In this document: in pieces, positions 14,141-25,849 of the stretch
How positions within the stretch are numbered: the stretch's first letter is position 1
Layout: each line of letters begins with the position of its first letter
DNA from: Podarcis gaigeae
Taxonomy: Eukaryota
Assembly: GCA_964106915.2 (NCBI GenBank)
Contig: OZ066923.1
Reading direction: 5' to 3' (one strand)
Length of the DNA stretch: 64,000 nt
Made by a program: the position numbers and the translations under genes
Notes under the pieces: model-generated
Seen by the model: the letters and a program-made list of their open reading frames with translations, nothing else
Databases searched by the model: none
Told to the model about the DNA's origin: nothing

Positions 14141-14297
14141 TTGCTAAGTAGGGTCTCTAATGCCTTTTGAAGAGGTTCTTTCAATTCTTGGAATACTTTC
14201 TCTCCCAGATGAGCTAAGCAATCTTCTATTGAAGTCTCTGGGTTGGCAGGACTGAATACTGGAGATGTGTGGCAGTCAAAGCCTGTGCTGGTAAAAG
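14141..14297 (-). CDS. BCL2L13: BCL2L13 exon 4 (BH3 region)
   Basis: 157 nt, cag|CT TTT ACC...AA|gtgagt. Encodes AFTSTGFDCHTSPVFSPANPETSIEDCLAHLGEKVFQELKEPLQKALETLLS. Confidence 0.97.
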
Positions 14298-14350
14298 CTG
14301 GGGTGGGGGTGGGGAAGAGAGATTTCATACTGTTAGTGAGATTGAAATAG

Positions 14351-14455
14351 TAAGTCATACTTGGAGCAGATCCACTGAAATCAATTGACTAACTTAATCA
14401 GTCATGACTAACTTAAGTCAACTGATTTCACTGGGTCTGCTCCAAATATGACTTA
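14351..14455. repeat. Near-perfect 105-bp inverted repeat (palindromic MITE-like)
   Basis: The 40-bp arms match at 36/40 positions; the loop contains AGTCATGACT. Confidence 0.85.
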
Positions 14456-14462
14456 GCTGGTT

Positions 14463-14615
14463 AAGAACATAAGAGCTTGCTGCACCAGGCCAATTGCCCA
14501 TCTAGTCCAGCATCCTGTTCTCAGAGTGGCCAACTAAATGCCTGTGTGAAACCTACAAGCAGAATTCAAAAACAAAAGGACTCTTTCCCTTCTGCTTTTC
14601 AGCAATTGGTAACTA
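14463..14615 (-). mobile_element. CR1-family 3' UTR fragment
   Basis: Minus-strand tail ...CTTATGTTCTT. Homologous to 43528-43700 and 55990-56140. Confidence 0.6.
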
Positions 14616-14664
14616 GTACAATCTTACATTGTACCAGAGTGCCAATTAATAAGGTATATAACCC

Positions 14665-15080
14665 AAGATGTGTGCAGAGGAGGGCAATCAAGATGATCAA
14701 GAGTCTGGAAACTAAGCTTTATGAAAACGTTTGAGGGAGTTGGGTATATTTAGCCTGCAAGAGAGGAGACTGAGATAGCCATCTTCAAATATCTAAAGAG
14801 CTATCACATGGCTGATGGAGCAAGCTTATTTTCTTCTGCTCTGGAGGAGAGGGCCCATGCTAATGGATCAAGCTACAAGGAGATTCCGACTAAGTGCCGT
14901 TAAGACAGTGGAACAGACTCCCTCAGGAGGTGATGGCCTCTACTTCTTTGAAGGTTTTTAAGCAGAGGTTAGATGGCCATCTGTCATGGCTGCTTTAGCT
15001 GACATTCCTGCATTGTAAGCAGTTGGACTAAATTACCCTTGGGGGTCCCCTCCAACTCTACAGTTCTGTGATGCTATGAT
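14665..15080 (+). mobile_element. CR1 LINE 3' end (5'-truncated)
   Basis: GTGCAGAGGAGGGCAATCAAGATGATCAAGAGTCTGGAAAC...GTCCCCTCCAACTCTACAGTTCTGTGATGCTATGAT, ending in a CR1-type ATTCTRTG tail. Confidence 0.85.
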
Positions 15081-15864
15081 TAATATATAGATGAGCCAAA
15101 TATATCCCACTGCAATCACCAGGGCTTAAAAGTACATATTTATGATGTGCATAGCTCCTTTCAATATAATAATTATCAGGCTGGTGTAAAACAAAACATA
15201 AAATCATAGATGTACTTAACTTGGCTGAACAATATTTAAATCAAGGATGAAGAGCCTGCATCTCTCCAAATGCTTTTGGACCCCCAAATCTCTTTAGTCC
15301 CACCTGGTATGGCCAGTAGTAAGGGATGATGAGATTGTAGTCCAACAACTGAAATAGGATCCCCATCCTTGCCTTTAGTGTATGATTAAAATTACAAATG
15401 CTGAGGTTAGAGAGAGGAATGCCCTAATACCCTTCCTGGTGGGACAGAAAATATAAAACAAACATTTCTAAGGTAACATTTGCACTTAAGCATACAGAAC
15501 TAATAAAAATAACTATTCTGTAATTTTGCACAAACATAATTATGTCTCATCTAAGGCAGCTATTGCAAAAAGAAAAGAAAACTTCAATAGCAATCTTACT
15601 TGAAGTTGGAACTGTGTATTTATTACATTGGGTTATAATACATCTTTCTGAAGAACCTGCACTAATCTTTGACTGCATTTTCTCTTTGAAAATACAGCTG
15701 TTTTCACTTACAGTTTGAAATGTGTATTACATTGGCTTATAATACATAATTCTCAAAAACATGAATTAATATTCCCTCTGAAAATATGGCTGTGGGAAAA
15801 TTATAATTCTTGGAACATAACATTATAAGCAACCAAGAAAATAAGTTCACCAACTTGCACAGAC

Positions 15865-15972
15865 CTTCCAAAATTTCTTCATCAAGACGTTTCAATTCCT
15901 CCTCAATTTCTGCTTTAACTTTCTCCAGGACTTCCTTATCTAAAGCTTGTGAGACCGCAGATGGATCAGTCA
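15865..15972 (-). CDS. BCL2L13: BCL2L13 exon 3
   Basis: 108 nt, cag|TG ACT...GAA G|gtctgt. Encodes VTDPSAVSQALDKEVLEKVKAEIEEELKRLDEEILE. Confidence 0.95.
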
Positions 15973-18900
15973 CTGAAACAAGCAAAAAGGTTCAGCTAAA
16001 AAGGTAGATTCTTAGGATATGCATATAATGGCAGAAGAGCAACAAATATTCATCAATTACAAACACTTGCAGTTCTATCAAAGCAAAAGAACTTCAGTTC
16101 ACTATAAAAATAAGTAGGAATTAGTGTTTATGGCACAAGAGCATCCAGGTCAATTTCTCACACAACAAATCATTTCTAGTGAGGAAAAAAATCCCTAAGA
16201 AAAATAAACAAGGTTGCAATCCCATGCGCATTTAGCTAAGGCCCCCTCAGCATGGCAAATGAAAAGGGATGACAGAGTTGTGTTCAATGGGACTTACTTC
16301 TAAGTAGACATGTATATTAGTGCTATAAATTTGTATTTATGAAAGTGGAAGAAATTTAATAAAGAAAATGACTTTTCCCAACAAATATATGACATGCCAA
16401 ATTGATGAAGTTCTAATCTTCCCAGCAGTATAAATTGCTGAGAGTGCTTCAACAGAAAGGCAGAAACATCCAAACATTAATGATCCAGCGTTACAAAACG
16501 TTAACACAGTCTCCTTGAAATGTAAGAATCTACTTTGTTCTAAACAGTAAAATCTATTGAAAGAAAGTTGTCTTCTAATTCTGGAGATGTTTTCCTATAC
16601 TTAGTGGCCTTGTTTGCATTTAACTATGGTTTAAACTGTGGCTTATTTTAATGTCCACACCAAGCAAAAATGTTTGCAGGTCATTTGTTTAATTATTTCG
16701 GAGCTCCACTTTAAGTTAATACATGAAAAATGTTTTTCTTTCATTTTTATGGATGCTGGAGTTTTTGCTACTAGACTCACAAAACAAATAGTTTAATCAG
16801 ACAAATAAAACTGTATGCACTCACTCCCTCTTCACTAGAGAAACCCAGATACTTAAGTGTCTTTATTTGAATACCATATTCTTCTAACAGATTTTAATAT
16901 TGATATTATGGAATTTAGATGGCCTCTAATGAGCTTCTCTTCCCATTTCCAGAAATGATTTTGTGGAATGTGACAGGAGAATTAGTATAGCACACACGCT
17001 ACAACAGGGACAGATTCACTTGCTCAATTTATATGCCAAGAGTCAACCAAACTGACAAATCATGTGATGCTTAAGAGGCAACCTTCCGGGACAACACATC
17101 CCTTCTCCCCGCTCCTATAAGTATATCATGCCAATATATTTGTCCTTCAAGAAGAAATACATTTCCCCCTGCAAATGGAAGTTTTCTAACAGCCACATCT
17201 GTTTCTAACAGCCACATTTTACCCACTTGAATTTTTTTATTCTATTAACTCTTTTTGCCCCAGTTTTAGAAATGTTATTCCCTCTTCCTACAAAAATGGA
17301 GATGGAAAATTGGAGAAATAAAAATTGCTGACTGCTCTCCAGGGCACTTAATTAGTTGCTGCTAGGGAGAGGAACTTCGTTCCAACTCAAACAATGACAG
17401 CAGTGACAAGAGCAGTAAGTAGAATCAATTCTATTCCCCTTTAAGTTATACCACACTTATCGGATCACATCAACTTGCAATTCCTGCTGTACTTGCACAA
17501 ACAATGTATGAAAAAGCATAAACACCCCCATGAAGAACCACCAAAATGTCCTGTGTCCAAATGATGATATAGGATGCGATGAGACAAAAAATGATTCCTA
17601 GGAGTTGTTAGTGATATGCCTCTGGAGTTGCCTGGAGGTAAGTAGGCTTCTATCAGAAGTACCACAATTATAAAATCACATTAAAGAAAGAGTTTTGTCT
17701 GGAAAGCAGAGAAACTTACTTTGACAGTTTAACTAGTTGTATAATACCTCCCATCAGGAAAGACTAAATTACAGTTACATAAAGAAAACTCAAATCTAGA
17801 CTTCTCAGTTAAGGCTTGCCCTGCCCAAATGAGAAGGAATCCATTGAGAAGAGCACCTGTTTCCCACAGAACTTGAGTGATGGTGATCACACATGGCAAG
17901 CTGTCATACTTGATAAGAAACCATGCTGAAAAAATGACAAGGAATTTCAATCCTTTAAAGTACACAGGAGTACTATTTAGATACCTAATATATCCTCAGT
18001 GCTTTCTCATTCAACCATTCAGTATTGCTAATGAATAAAAAACAACCACTATTCAGAGGCTCTAAAGGAGACAATACAGCAAATATTAACTGATTTTGTT
18101 ATTAACTTGACAGACAACAACAGGAAACCTGTCTAATTCCCGACACTACTTAACTAAGTTATTCATAAGTAGAAAAGTAGTTTTATCCTTCTCTTTATTT
18201 CCACAGCTCTTTGTAAATAATCAGAAGAAAACAATTTAAATGTCTGCCCCTTCTAGAGAAACAAAGCACAATATATTGTTCTCAAGTGATGATTTCTGGC
18301 TGATCCAAAAGCAACACTGCCAGACTGTACAGGAAGCAAAATTCAGCTGTACTTTGTGGGCAGGGAAAGGAAGACATTGATGGTTTCTCAGAACAGTTCT
18401 CCTAAGCTCCACGGACTGCAAATTACTGTATTCTTGTTATTAGTGGTTCTGACAAGTACATTACGGGAAGGAATCTCAGTGGTAATCTGTAAAACAATGT
18501 GCCCCATTTCAACGGTATACAGTACTGTGAATAAAGCACAAAAGAGAATCATTTTCCTCTTATAGGATGGTAGTGCATACTAATTTAAATAAAATATTTT
18601 CTTTACTATATATAATATTGAATTGGAATAATACTGAATTTCCAGTGGTAATACAAAACCCCTTAATAGAACTGGGGAGTTCAAAACAAAGGCCACTAAA
18701 ATCAGGAACCCAAAACTGAATCCAGATTGAGACAAGATGTTGATGATTGGATATCTAAGGAACACTGGCTTTTGCCAGACTACACCAGCCCAAATCACAC
18801 ACTACATCTGAAGAATCAGTTTCACAATTCGATAGTACTAAATTAATATTGCCTTGCTCCCCTATGACTCTGTCAAAAAATCAAAGCAGATGCCAAAATG

Positions 18901-18992
18901 AATGAGTGTTTTGAGAGGCAACTGAAACAATGGGGTGAGGGGGGTTCTGGCTGTAAGGTGGATGTAATCAGTGCTGTATACAAACATTAGTA

Positions 18993-19232
18993 CAGTGGAA
19001 CCTCGGTTGTCAAACATAATCCGTTCCAGAAGAGTGTTCGACTTCCAAAACATGGGACAACTGAGGCTCAATGAGCTGTCGGAGAATTCAATTGAAAAAA
19101 TAGAGAAACAAGCCTTGGCAGCCATTCGACTTCCGAGGTGCGTTCGAAAACGGAAGCATTCACTTCCAGGTTTTTGGTGTTTGGCTTCTGAAATGTTCGG
19201 CAGCTGAGAATTTGAAAACCGAGGTTTGACTG
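18993..19232. mobile_element. Tc1/mariner (pogo/Tigger-like) MITE
   Basis: TA|CAGTGGAACCTCGGTT...AACCGAGGTTTGACTG|TA: terminal inverted repeats plus TA target duplication. Confidence 0.85.
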
Positions 19233-19916
19233 TATTTGTAAAAGGTTAGAGAGGGAAAATATCTTTTATCAAATTGAAGATGCAGAAAATCAACACTTGA
19301 ACATTGAATTGGCAATGTTATAGTTACCTCAGAGAAACCTACTTATGTTTCAATTGCAGCCATTTCTTTGTGGCGCTGACTAGGGCAAACCTACTGTTCA
19401 AGCTGTTTTTCCCCACTGAATCTAAAATGCCCTGAAAATTTTATTACAGGATAGAATGCAAATACCAACAAGACATAAGCGATAACTGTGAGGCAGCAGG
19501 TAAGCAACAAGCTCTCTGTGCTGCTTCTGTTTGTTGACAGTTAATGGTAGAAGTTCTTCCAGCCTCAAAAAATACACATAGATCTCCTACACACAGAACT
19601 TGGGGACACAACTCAGAGAAAAAGAGAAAAGAGGAGAGCGTAGGCAATGACTTTATTCTGCTGGCCCACTTGTTTATAAACTGGCAGGCAAGCATGTTAC
19701 CATAAACCTCGTAAGTTCTAAACCTTAATTAAAATATTGCACAGAATGATATAAAAAGTGAACCAACTGACAATTATAGAGCAAATAGATGCAAGTTATT
19801 TGGGGGGGGAATACTGAAATGATCCTAACATTTATATAGGAATCAGATTCCATTGAAAAAGTTATAATATCAAGAGTTTTCACACAGAAGTAATAGATCA
19901 GTTATATAGTAGTGTA

Positions 19917-20158
19917 CAGTGGTACCTCGGGTTACATACGCTTCAGGTTACATACGCTTCAGGTTACAGACTCCGCTAACCCAGAAATAGTACCTCGGGT
20001 TAAGAACTTTGCTTCAGGATGAGAACAGAAATCATGCTCCGGTGGCGCGGCAGCAGCGGGAGGCCCCATTAGCTAAAGTGGTGCTTCAGGTTAAGAACAG
20101 TTTCAGCTTAAGAAAGGACCTCTGGAACAAATGAAGTACGTAACCAGAGGTACCACTG
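19917..20158. mobile_element. Tc1/mariner MITE, family A copy 1
   Basis: TA|CAGTGGTACCTC...GAGGTACCACTG|TA. Closely similar copies at 21850 and 55315. Confidence 0.9.
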
Positions 20159-20661
20159 TATATAAAAATCTAATAATTGGGACAAAGCTGGAAAAAGCTC
20201 TGGAAATTATTTTCCAGAGCAAAGTTGTAGCTAAAAATATGCTGAAGTTTAGTATTACTTGAAAATAAATTACTTGTATAATTTATTTTCTATTGTTAAA
20301 AGCCAATTCTTGCTTTTACTGCAACCTACTTGATAAGTTAGGTGTGACCTCTGAACTTAACTACACTTATTTTGAGGATCAAAGACCAGTCTGGATGCGC
20401 ATGAATTGCATCATACTAATCAGATTATTCAGAAAAGTTAAATACACTGAAATAAAAACAATATCATTTAATAAGTTTAAAACTTATGTAAAAACTGTGT
20501 TATTTCATCATTCTCCAGAGCATGTTGTGTTTTTGGTGTGTTATTTTATCATTTGACCAAAAAAACCAAAACCCCTCATGGGCATTCACATTTTTAAATA
20601 TTAAAAATACATAATACCAACTTGTATACAACTGCATACAAGAGTAGAATGAAAGCATTAC

Positions 20662-20782
20662 CTTGAGTTGGCAGAGAGAGCTGCTCCTGAGGCTTTTCTT
20701 GTGACAAGAGACCCAAATAGCTGAGGACAACATATTTTGTTTCATAGTGAAAACCTACAGGCACAGTAGTAGAAGATGCCAT
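20662..20782 (-). CDS. BCL2L13: BCL2L13 exon 2, coding part (start codon, BH4)
   Basis: ATG at 20782, 121 nt to G|gtaatg. Encodes MASSTTVPVGFHYETKYVVLSYLGLLSQEKPQEQLSLPTQ. Probable acceptor tttttcag| starts the exon at 20841. Confidence 0.97.
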
Positions 20783-21849
20783 TTGGTTGGCTTCCAATAC
20801 CCCACAGGATTATGAGCTATGTAATTTTCTCTGTTTAAGATCTGAAAAATGAAGAATCAAAATGAAAAAAACATAATTAGAATCATATTCAGATTACGTA
20901 CACACATGCAAGACAAACAAAATACAAAATGCAATTGTGCCAGAACCTATCAGCACCGTCCAGACAGAGCATCATTTGAGAGGGTACAAAGGTGGCAGGT
21001 TAAATCCATATCTCTTCCTCCCACTGAAAGTAGCCCATTGGCAAGTTGCTTTTCAAACATCCCTATGATATGTCAAACAACAGTAACACAAACTACGGAA
21101 ACATATAGCAGGTGAAAGAAGAGAGAAAGAAGAGGAAGATCCAGAATACTGCTACATAACTGTACTGTATTCAAAATTACTAAGGTTCAGAAAGAATCAT
21201 ATCAGTAGTTTTTTTGAAAGTTTATGCACATTTCTGCAGGTTTATTTGATCATAGCAGAACTGAATTGATTCTGGTTGAATTCCCACAATGTCCTTAATT
21301 CAGTGACACTACTTTGGACTCACTGAGGGAAATTTAAATAGTAGCTCCCAGACCGTTTTTTAAAGAGATGTTTCAGAATTCAATGACAAATTAAAAAGTG
21401 ACTTCCCTCTTTTGTCATGTTAAATGCTCTTCAGAGACACTACTTGAAAACAATTGTTCAGATGCAGTCATCACTGCCATATCTTGTAGTGTAAAATCTA
21501 ACAGATATAATTCATTCAGCCTCTCTATAAGTAAAAGGTAAAGCTGTTTATTGGGCAGCATCAGTTTCTAACATTTAGAATTAATTCATTTTTGTAAGTA
21601 GAACACTACCACTTTTAGACAACTCAGGAAGCCTCACCTCTTTTCATATTATTTAGTATACCTGGAATCCTTTGCAGGCTATTTCCCATGCCTGAAGCCC
21701 TTGCTGCATAATTTTCTTAATAGCTATGAATCATGTTATAAATAGCAAGGAAAAGATTTGAAAAAAAAACAATATTATTGTAGTTATGAAACAAATGTAA
21801 CACCTTTTGTGGCAAAATGCTATCAACTCCTACTGTATGCACCGCTATA

Positions 21850-22054
21850 CAGTGCTACCTCGGGTTACATACGCTTCAGGTTACAGACTCCGCTAACCCA
21901 GAAATAGTACCTCAGGTTAAGAATTTGTTTCAGGGTGAGAACAGAAATTGTGTGGCAGCAGCGGGAGGCCCCATTAGCTAAAGTGGTGCTTCAGGTTAAG
22001 AACAGTTTCAGGTTAAGAACGGACCCCCAGAACAAATTAAGTTCTTAACCCCTG
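21850..22054. mobile_element. Tc1/mariner MITE, family A copy 2 (right TIR partly deleted)
   Basis: TA|CAGTGCTACCTCGGGTTACATACGCTTCAGG...CTG|TA, homologous to 19917-20158. Confidence 0.85.
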
Positions 22055-22879
22055 TAATACTACTTCTGGAATGGAAGAACAGAATTACAGTAGATGTGGT
22101 GATGGGACTTGCCAATAGGCTACTTTCAGTGGGAGGAGGAAATAAGAATGTAGTCTGCCACCTATGTGCCCTCTCAAATGTTGCTCTGGCCAGGGCTGAT
22201 AAGAAAACGGAAATGTAGTAAAACACAGTCAGTGTATGTTCTGCAAAGTGCAAGAGAAAACTATAATGTTCAAAACAAGTTCATATACCCTTGAATTGGA
22301 AGAGGCAAGCACCTAAAATGTGTTTCTGGTACCTAAGAATTTGCAAAAGCCACAATAGGGTAGTATCTGAAATAGAATCAACTAAAATGTAATGAAGTAG
22401 TGACACTTCTGACATTTTAAATCCAAATAAAGATATTTTTCAACTGTGGCTTTTGGATTTCTGCTAAAAGATCAACAGGTATCTATTCTTTTAAGAAGAA
22501 TTTGCATTATATGTTCAGCCCTGACCTTAGACAAAGCAATTAAGATTGCTACCTCCCCATTTCAACCATGGAATCCATTCCAAGACATTGAAGTTAACTA
22601 AGTAAAATTTACAATATATAAGTGAATTTATGGGCAGCATCTCCTTGCACACCACATCAAACACTAAAATCTTTCATTATCCACTTGACTTTGAGCTGCT
22701 TGGAAAAATCGAGTCAGTCAGATGGGTATCTCCAGATGCTTTGAGTGATCCTAATCCACAAATGGATTACATATCAATTATACAGAAAAGCAATGGTTAA
22801 CAATGAATAAACAGTTATAATCCTCTTATAAAAAGGGCTTTGCTATGTTTGCACTTACCACAAAAATATTTTAACCCCA

Positions 22880-23150
22880 AAGGAGTAACCATGTTAGTCT
22901 GTGATAGCAAAAGCAACTAAGAGTCTTGTGGCATCTTAAAGACTAGCAAATTTATGAAGGCATAAGCTTTCATAGGCTACAGTTCACTCCATCGGATACA
23001 TGGAATGTTTTTCCAAGTTGGCAGGTATAATAAACATGGGTGTACTTGCTACCTTGGGATAGCATTCCATGCATCTGATGAAGTGGACTGTAGCTCCCAA
23101 AAGTTTATACCATAAACAAGTTTGTTGGTCTTTAAAGAGCCACAAGACTT
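22880..23150. mobile_element. Penelope-like element remnant: inverted pseudo-LTR pair with degenerate hammerhead motifs
   Basis: 22921-23017 is the reverse complement of 23053-23149. It contains GCATCTGATGAAGTGGACTGTAG...AAAGTTTAT and TCTTTAAAGAGCCACAAGACT, as in sauropsid Penelope pLTRs (recognised from memory). Confidence 0.75.
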
Positions 23151-23169
23151 TATTATTTCATAAGAATTA

Positions 23170-23315
23170 AATCTGCCATGAAGCTCATTGAATAATCTTC
23201 AGCCAGTCTGTCTCTCAGACTGACCTACTGCAGAGGGTTGTTGTATGGATTAAAAAAAGAGAACCATGTATGCCACTTAGACTCCTTGGAAGAAAGGTGG
23301 AACACAAATGTAACA
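23170..23315 (+). mobile_element. MIR-like/L2-tail SINE fragment
   Basis: CTCTCAGACTGACCTACTGCAGAGGGTTGTTGT...CCTTGGAAGAAAGGTGG. Relatives at 30560-30755 (+) and 54280-54465 (-). Confidence 0.55.
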
Positions 23316-23669
23316 ATTTTTTTAAAATAAATATGTAATATGCAATTGCTTCAAAACTGTGATACTCTTAAGACTGTTTACATTTCACCATATAATTTTG
23401 TAGATGTATAATTTGATTCAATTGGAGTCAAGCACTGCTACTTACACTTTTAATGCTTTTTTATTGTCTAGAATATGAAGGCTTACCAGAGACCCTGGAG
23501 CATTATGCAAGACTTCGGTGTCCTAAGATACAGCTTTGAAGTCTATTCTGTTTTACAATTAGGCAGAATATAAATCATCCAAATCATTCACCATAATTTT
23601 AAAAAGTCACAATAGCAAACTTAGTTTGCAACAAGTTGCCCCCTTTTGTGTACCTGTCACTGACATGGT

Positions 23670-23810
23670 TCACAATCCCGGGTTCAATCCTTAATTCCAG
23701 GTGGGGCAGGGAGTGACCCCAGTCTGAAATCTGGAAAAGCTTCTGCTAGTTAATGTAGACAACAGGCTCAATGGCCTGACTCAGTATAAGGCAGTTTCCT
23801 ACATTCCTAA
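23670..23810 (+). mobile_element. Squam3-like SINE (5'-degraded)
   Basis: B-box GGTTCAATCC and 3' end GGCCTGACTCAGTATAAGGCAGTTTCCTACATTCCTA. Confidence 0.65.
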
Positions 23811-23853
23811 TATGAAAAAGCAGTGTTCTCAAAGTGTGTTTGATACCTGGGAT

Positions 23854-23993
23854 GCCTGGGATAGCTAAATTGGTAGAGCACGACACTCTTAATCTCAGGG
23901 TTGTGGGTTTGAGCCCCTGTTGGGCAAAAGATTCCTTCACTGCAGAGAGTTGGACTACATGACCCTCATGGTCCCTTCCAACTCTACAATTCT
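23854..23993 (+). mobile_element. SINE with tRNA-Lys(CTT)-derived head and CR1 3' tail
   Basis: GCCTGGGATAGCTAAATTGGTAGAGCACGACACTCTTAATCTCAGGGTTGTGGGTTTGAGCCCC, followed by TTGGACTACATGACC...GTCCCTTCCAACTCTACAATTCT. Confidence 0.75.
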
Positions 23994-25849
23994 CTGGTGC
24001 AAAGAAACAAAGGATAAGCCTGGATTTAGATGACAAGCCTTGTTTCCTGCCAGTGTGGCAGCAGCAGGAGCAGGGAAGGAACAAAGCTATTGCTACTTCA
24101 GTAGCATGTGCTATCATACTGCTCCTCCACATTCAACAACAGCAGTTAAACTATGGCTCAGTCTAATGTGCAAAGAAGGCCAGTTCTCATCCATTTGAGT
24201 CTTCCAATCCAGAACTAAACCACATGATAGCTATATAGCCTTGTGGCTTAACATGACTTGCACACCTGACATTAGATTACAAAGTTAGTTTGGTTAGATG
24301 AGCTTTGAGCTTGTTGGGATTTTTCACAAGGATATGTATATATTGAAAACACCTATTTCAAAATCAACTTGTCTGCATTGCATATCTAGCTCCGCCCCCC
24401 GCTGACAGTGCAGTTCACCTTTCAAATTTTATTTCATTTTAAAGTTTTACCTCTGCACATTAGATACCAGGGGAAATTATAGACAGAAGTCTGTAAAATA
24501 TTATCCATGTTTACTGGCAGCATTGCAGTAACTAACATTCAAGATTTACCTCATTTATCTATGAACATCTGGTTCTGTGGAATTTTGAAAATTGAAGTGT
24601 ATCTATCATAGTTACACCATTTTCTCAAAAGACTGAAACAGTAGGGTGGGGTGGGGTGGTGGAACAAAAGCCTTAGTACTTTATCTGAGCTGTGGTTTTA
24701 GTTTAACTTTATACTGCCACAATCTTCTATAAACAAGAGACGCTTTCAATGGATTTAACTGAATTATCTCCCACGAAGGTTTCATGTTTTCCATACTTTG
24801 AACTCTCCTTTCCATACATACATCTAACCCACATCAATTCAATAATTTATCCATGTGCCGTGGAAGTACATTTCTTAATATGAGCAATTAAAATGTTAAA
24901 GAGTAGAAGTCATATTTTCAAAGTCTCCTTCACAAATGTAAAGTAAGCAGAAAGAATGAGCAAACCTCTGAGAACAATACTCTCAAGATAACTACAATGA
25001 TGAGCAATGTTAGAAGCACACCTAGCTAGATGTGTGTGGTTTTTTTATTAAAAAAATCAAAGCAAGATGCTGATCAACAATATCCATCCAAAAGAAATGT
25101 GTCACAACAGTACATATAAGCAAACACACCAATGAAAGAGTATATCACTTTTCAGAAAGTTTTAGCAAGTGTAGACAACTCTGGAGTTCTAAGCAGGTAC
25201 TGTACTGTACTTCTGGATGTGAAGGTTTGCCAGCTCACAAACAATAGCAGTAGATACTACATAGGGCCAGGGTTTAAGCACAGCCTTCTCTTGTAAGGAT
25301 CGGTGCTGCCTTCCCCCCTCCCATCATCACACCCTTGCGAAGAACGCCATTCTTACCAACTGTTGAGGAAATGCAGCTGTAAAGCAGGGAGATGCTAACG
25401 AGAAGAAAATGCAGCACAAGTGCACGCAAGCACGAGCACGTTCACACACTCCTCCTCCTCCTCCAGCAGCAGCAGCAATCAGCAGCAGCTCTCTCTGGGA
25501 GCAGAAGAGATCTGGCAGCTGACAGGGCACACCATTGTCAACAACGCTGACCCTGCTCAGTCCTCGGGAGGAGGGGCCTGTCCTTCAACCGCTTCAAACA
25601 CAGGGGAGATAACTAGGATTTTACGCCACGCATTGGGAAGGGGGGAGCTCCAACTGACCGACATTTTAATAACTCTTTAAAAGAGGGGGGTGGGGAGAGG
25701 GCTGCCTGGCACTGCATTCCCTGACCACCTTATTAAAAACTCGAGAACGACGGGGAAAGAACATGGGGAGAAACAATCCACACCACACACACACAACAAA
25801 TACAACACGCAACACTCCCCCCCACCTCTGCCGGTCCCCCCTTTCCTTG

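Noticed and set aside
19917-20158. CRISPR-like array of GCTTCAGGTTA repeats
   Set aside because: These are sub-terminal repeats of a TA-flanked MITE found three times in the window; there are no unique spacers or cas genes, and the host is eukaryotic.
20594-20797. N-terminal extension MEANQ of BCL2L13
   Set aside because: The ORF-track start is a TTG codon; the conserved start is the ATG at 20782.
23854-23926. Functional tRNA-Lys(CTT) gene
   Set aside because: The stems and T-loop are mismatched (GTTTGAG), there is no oligo-T terminator, and it is fused to a CR1 tail, so it is a SINE head.
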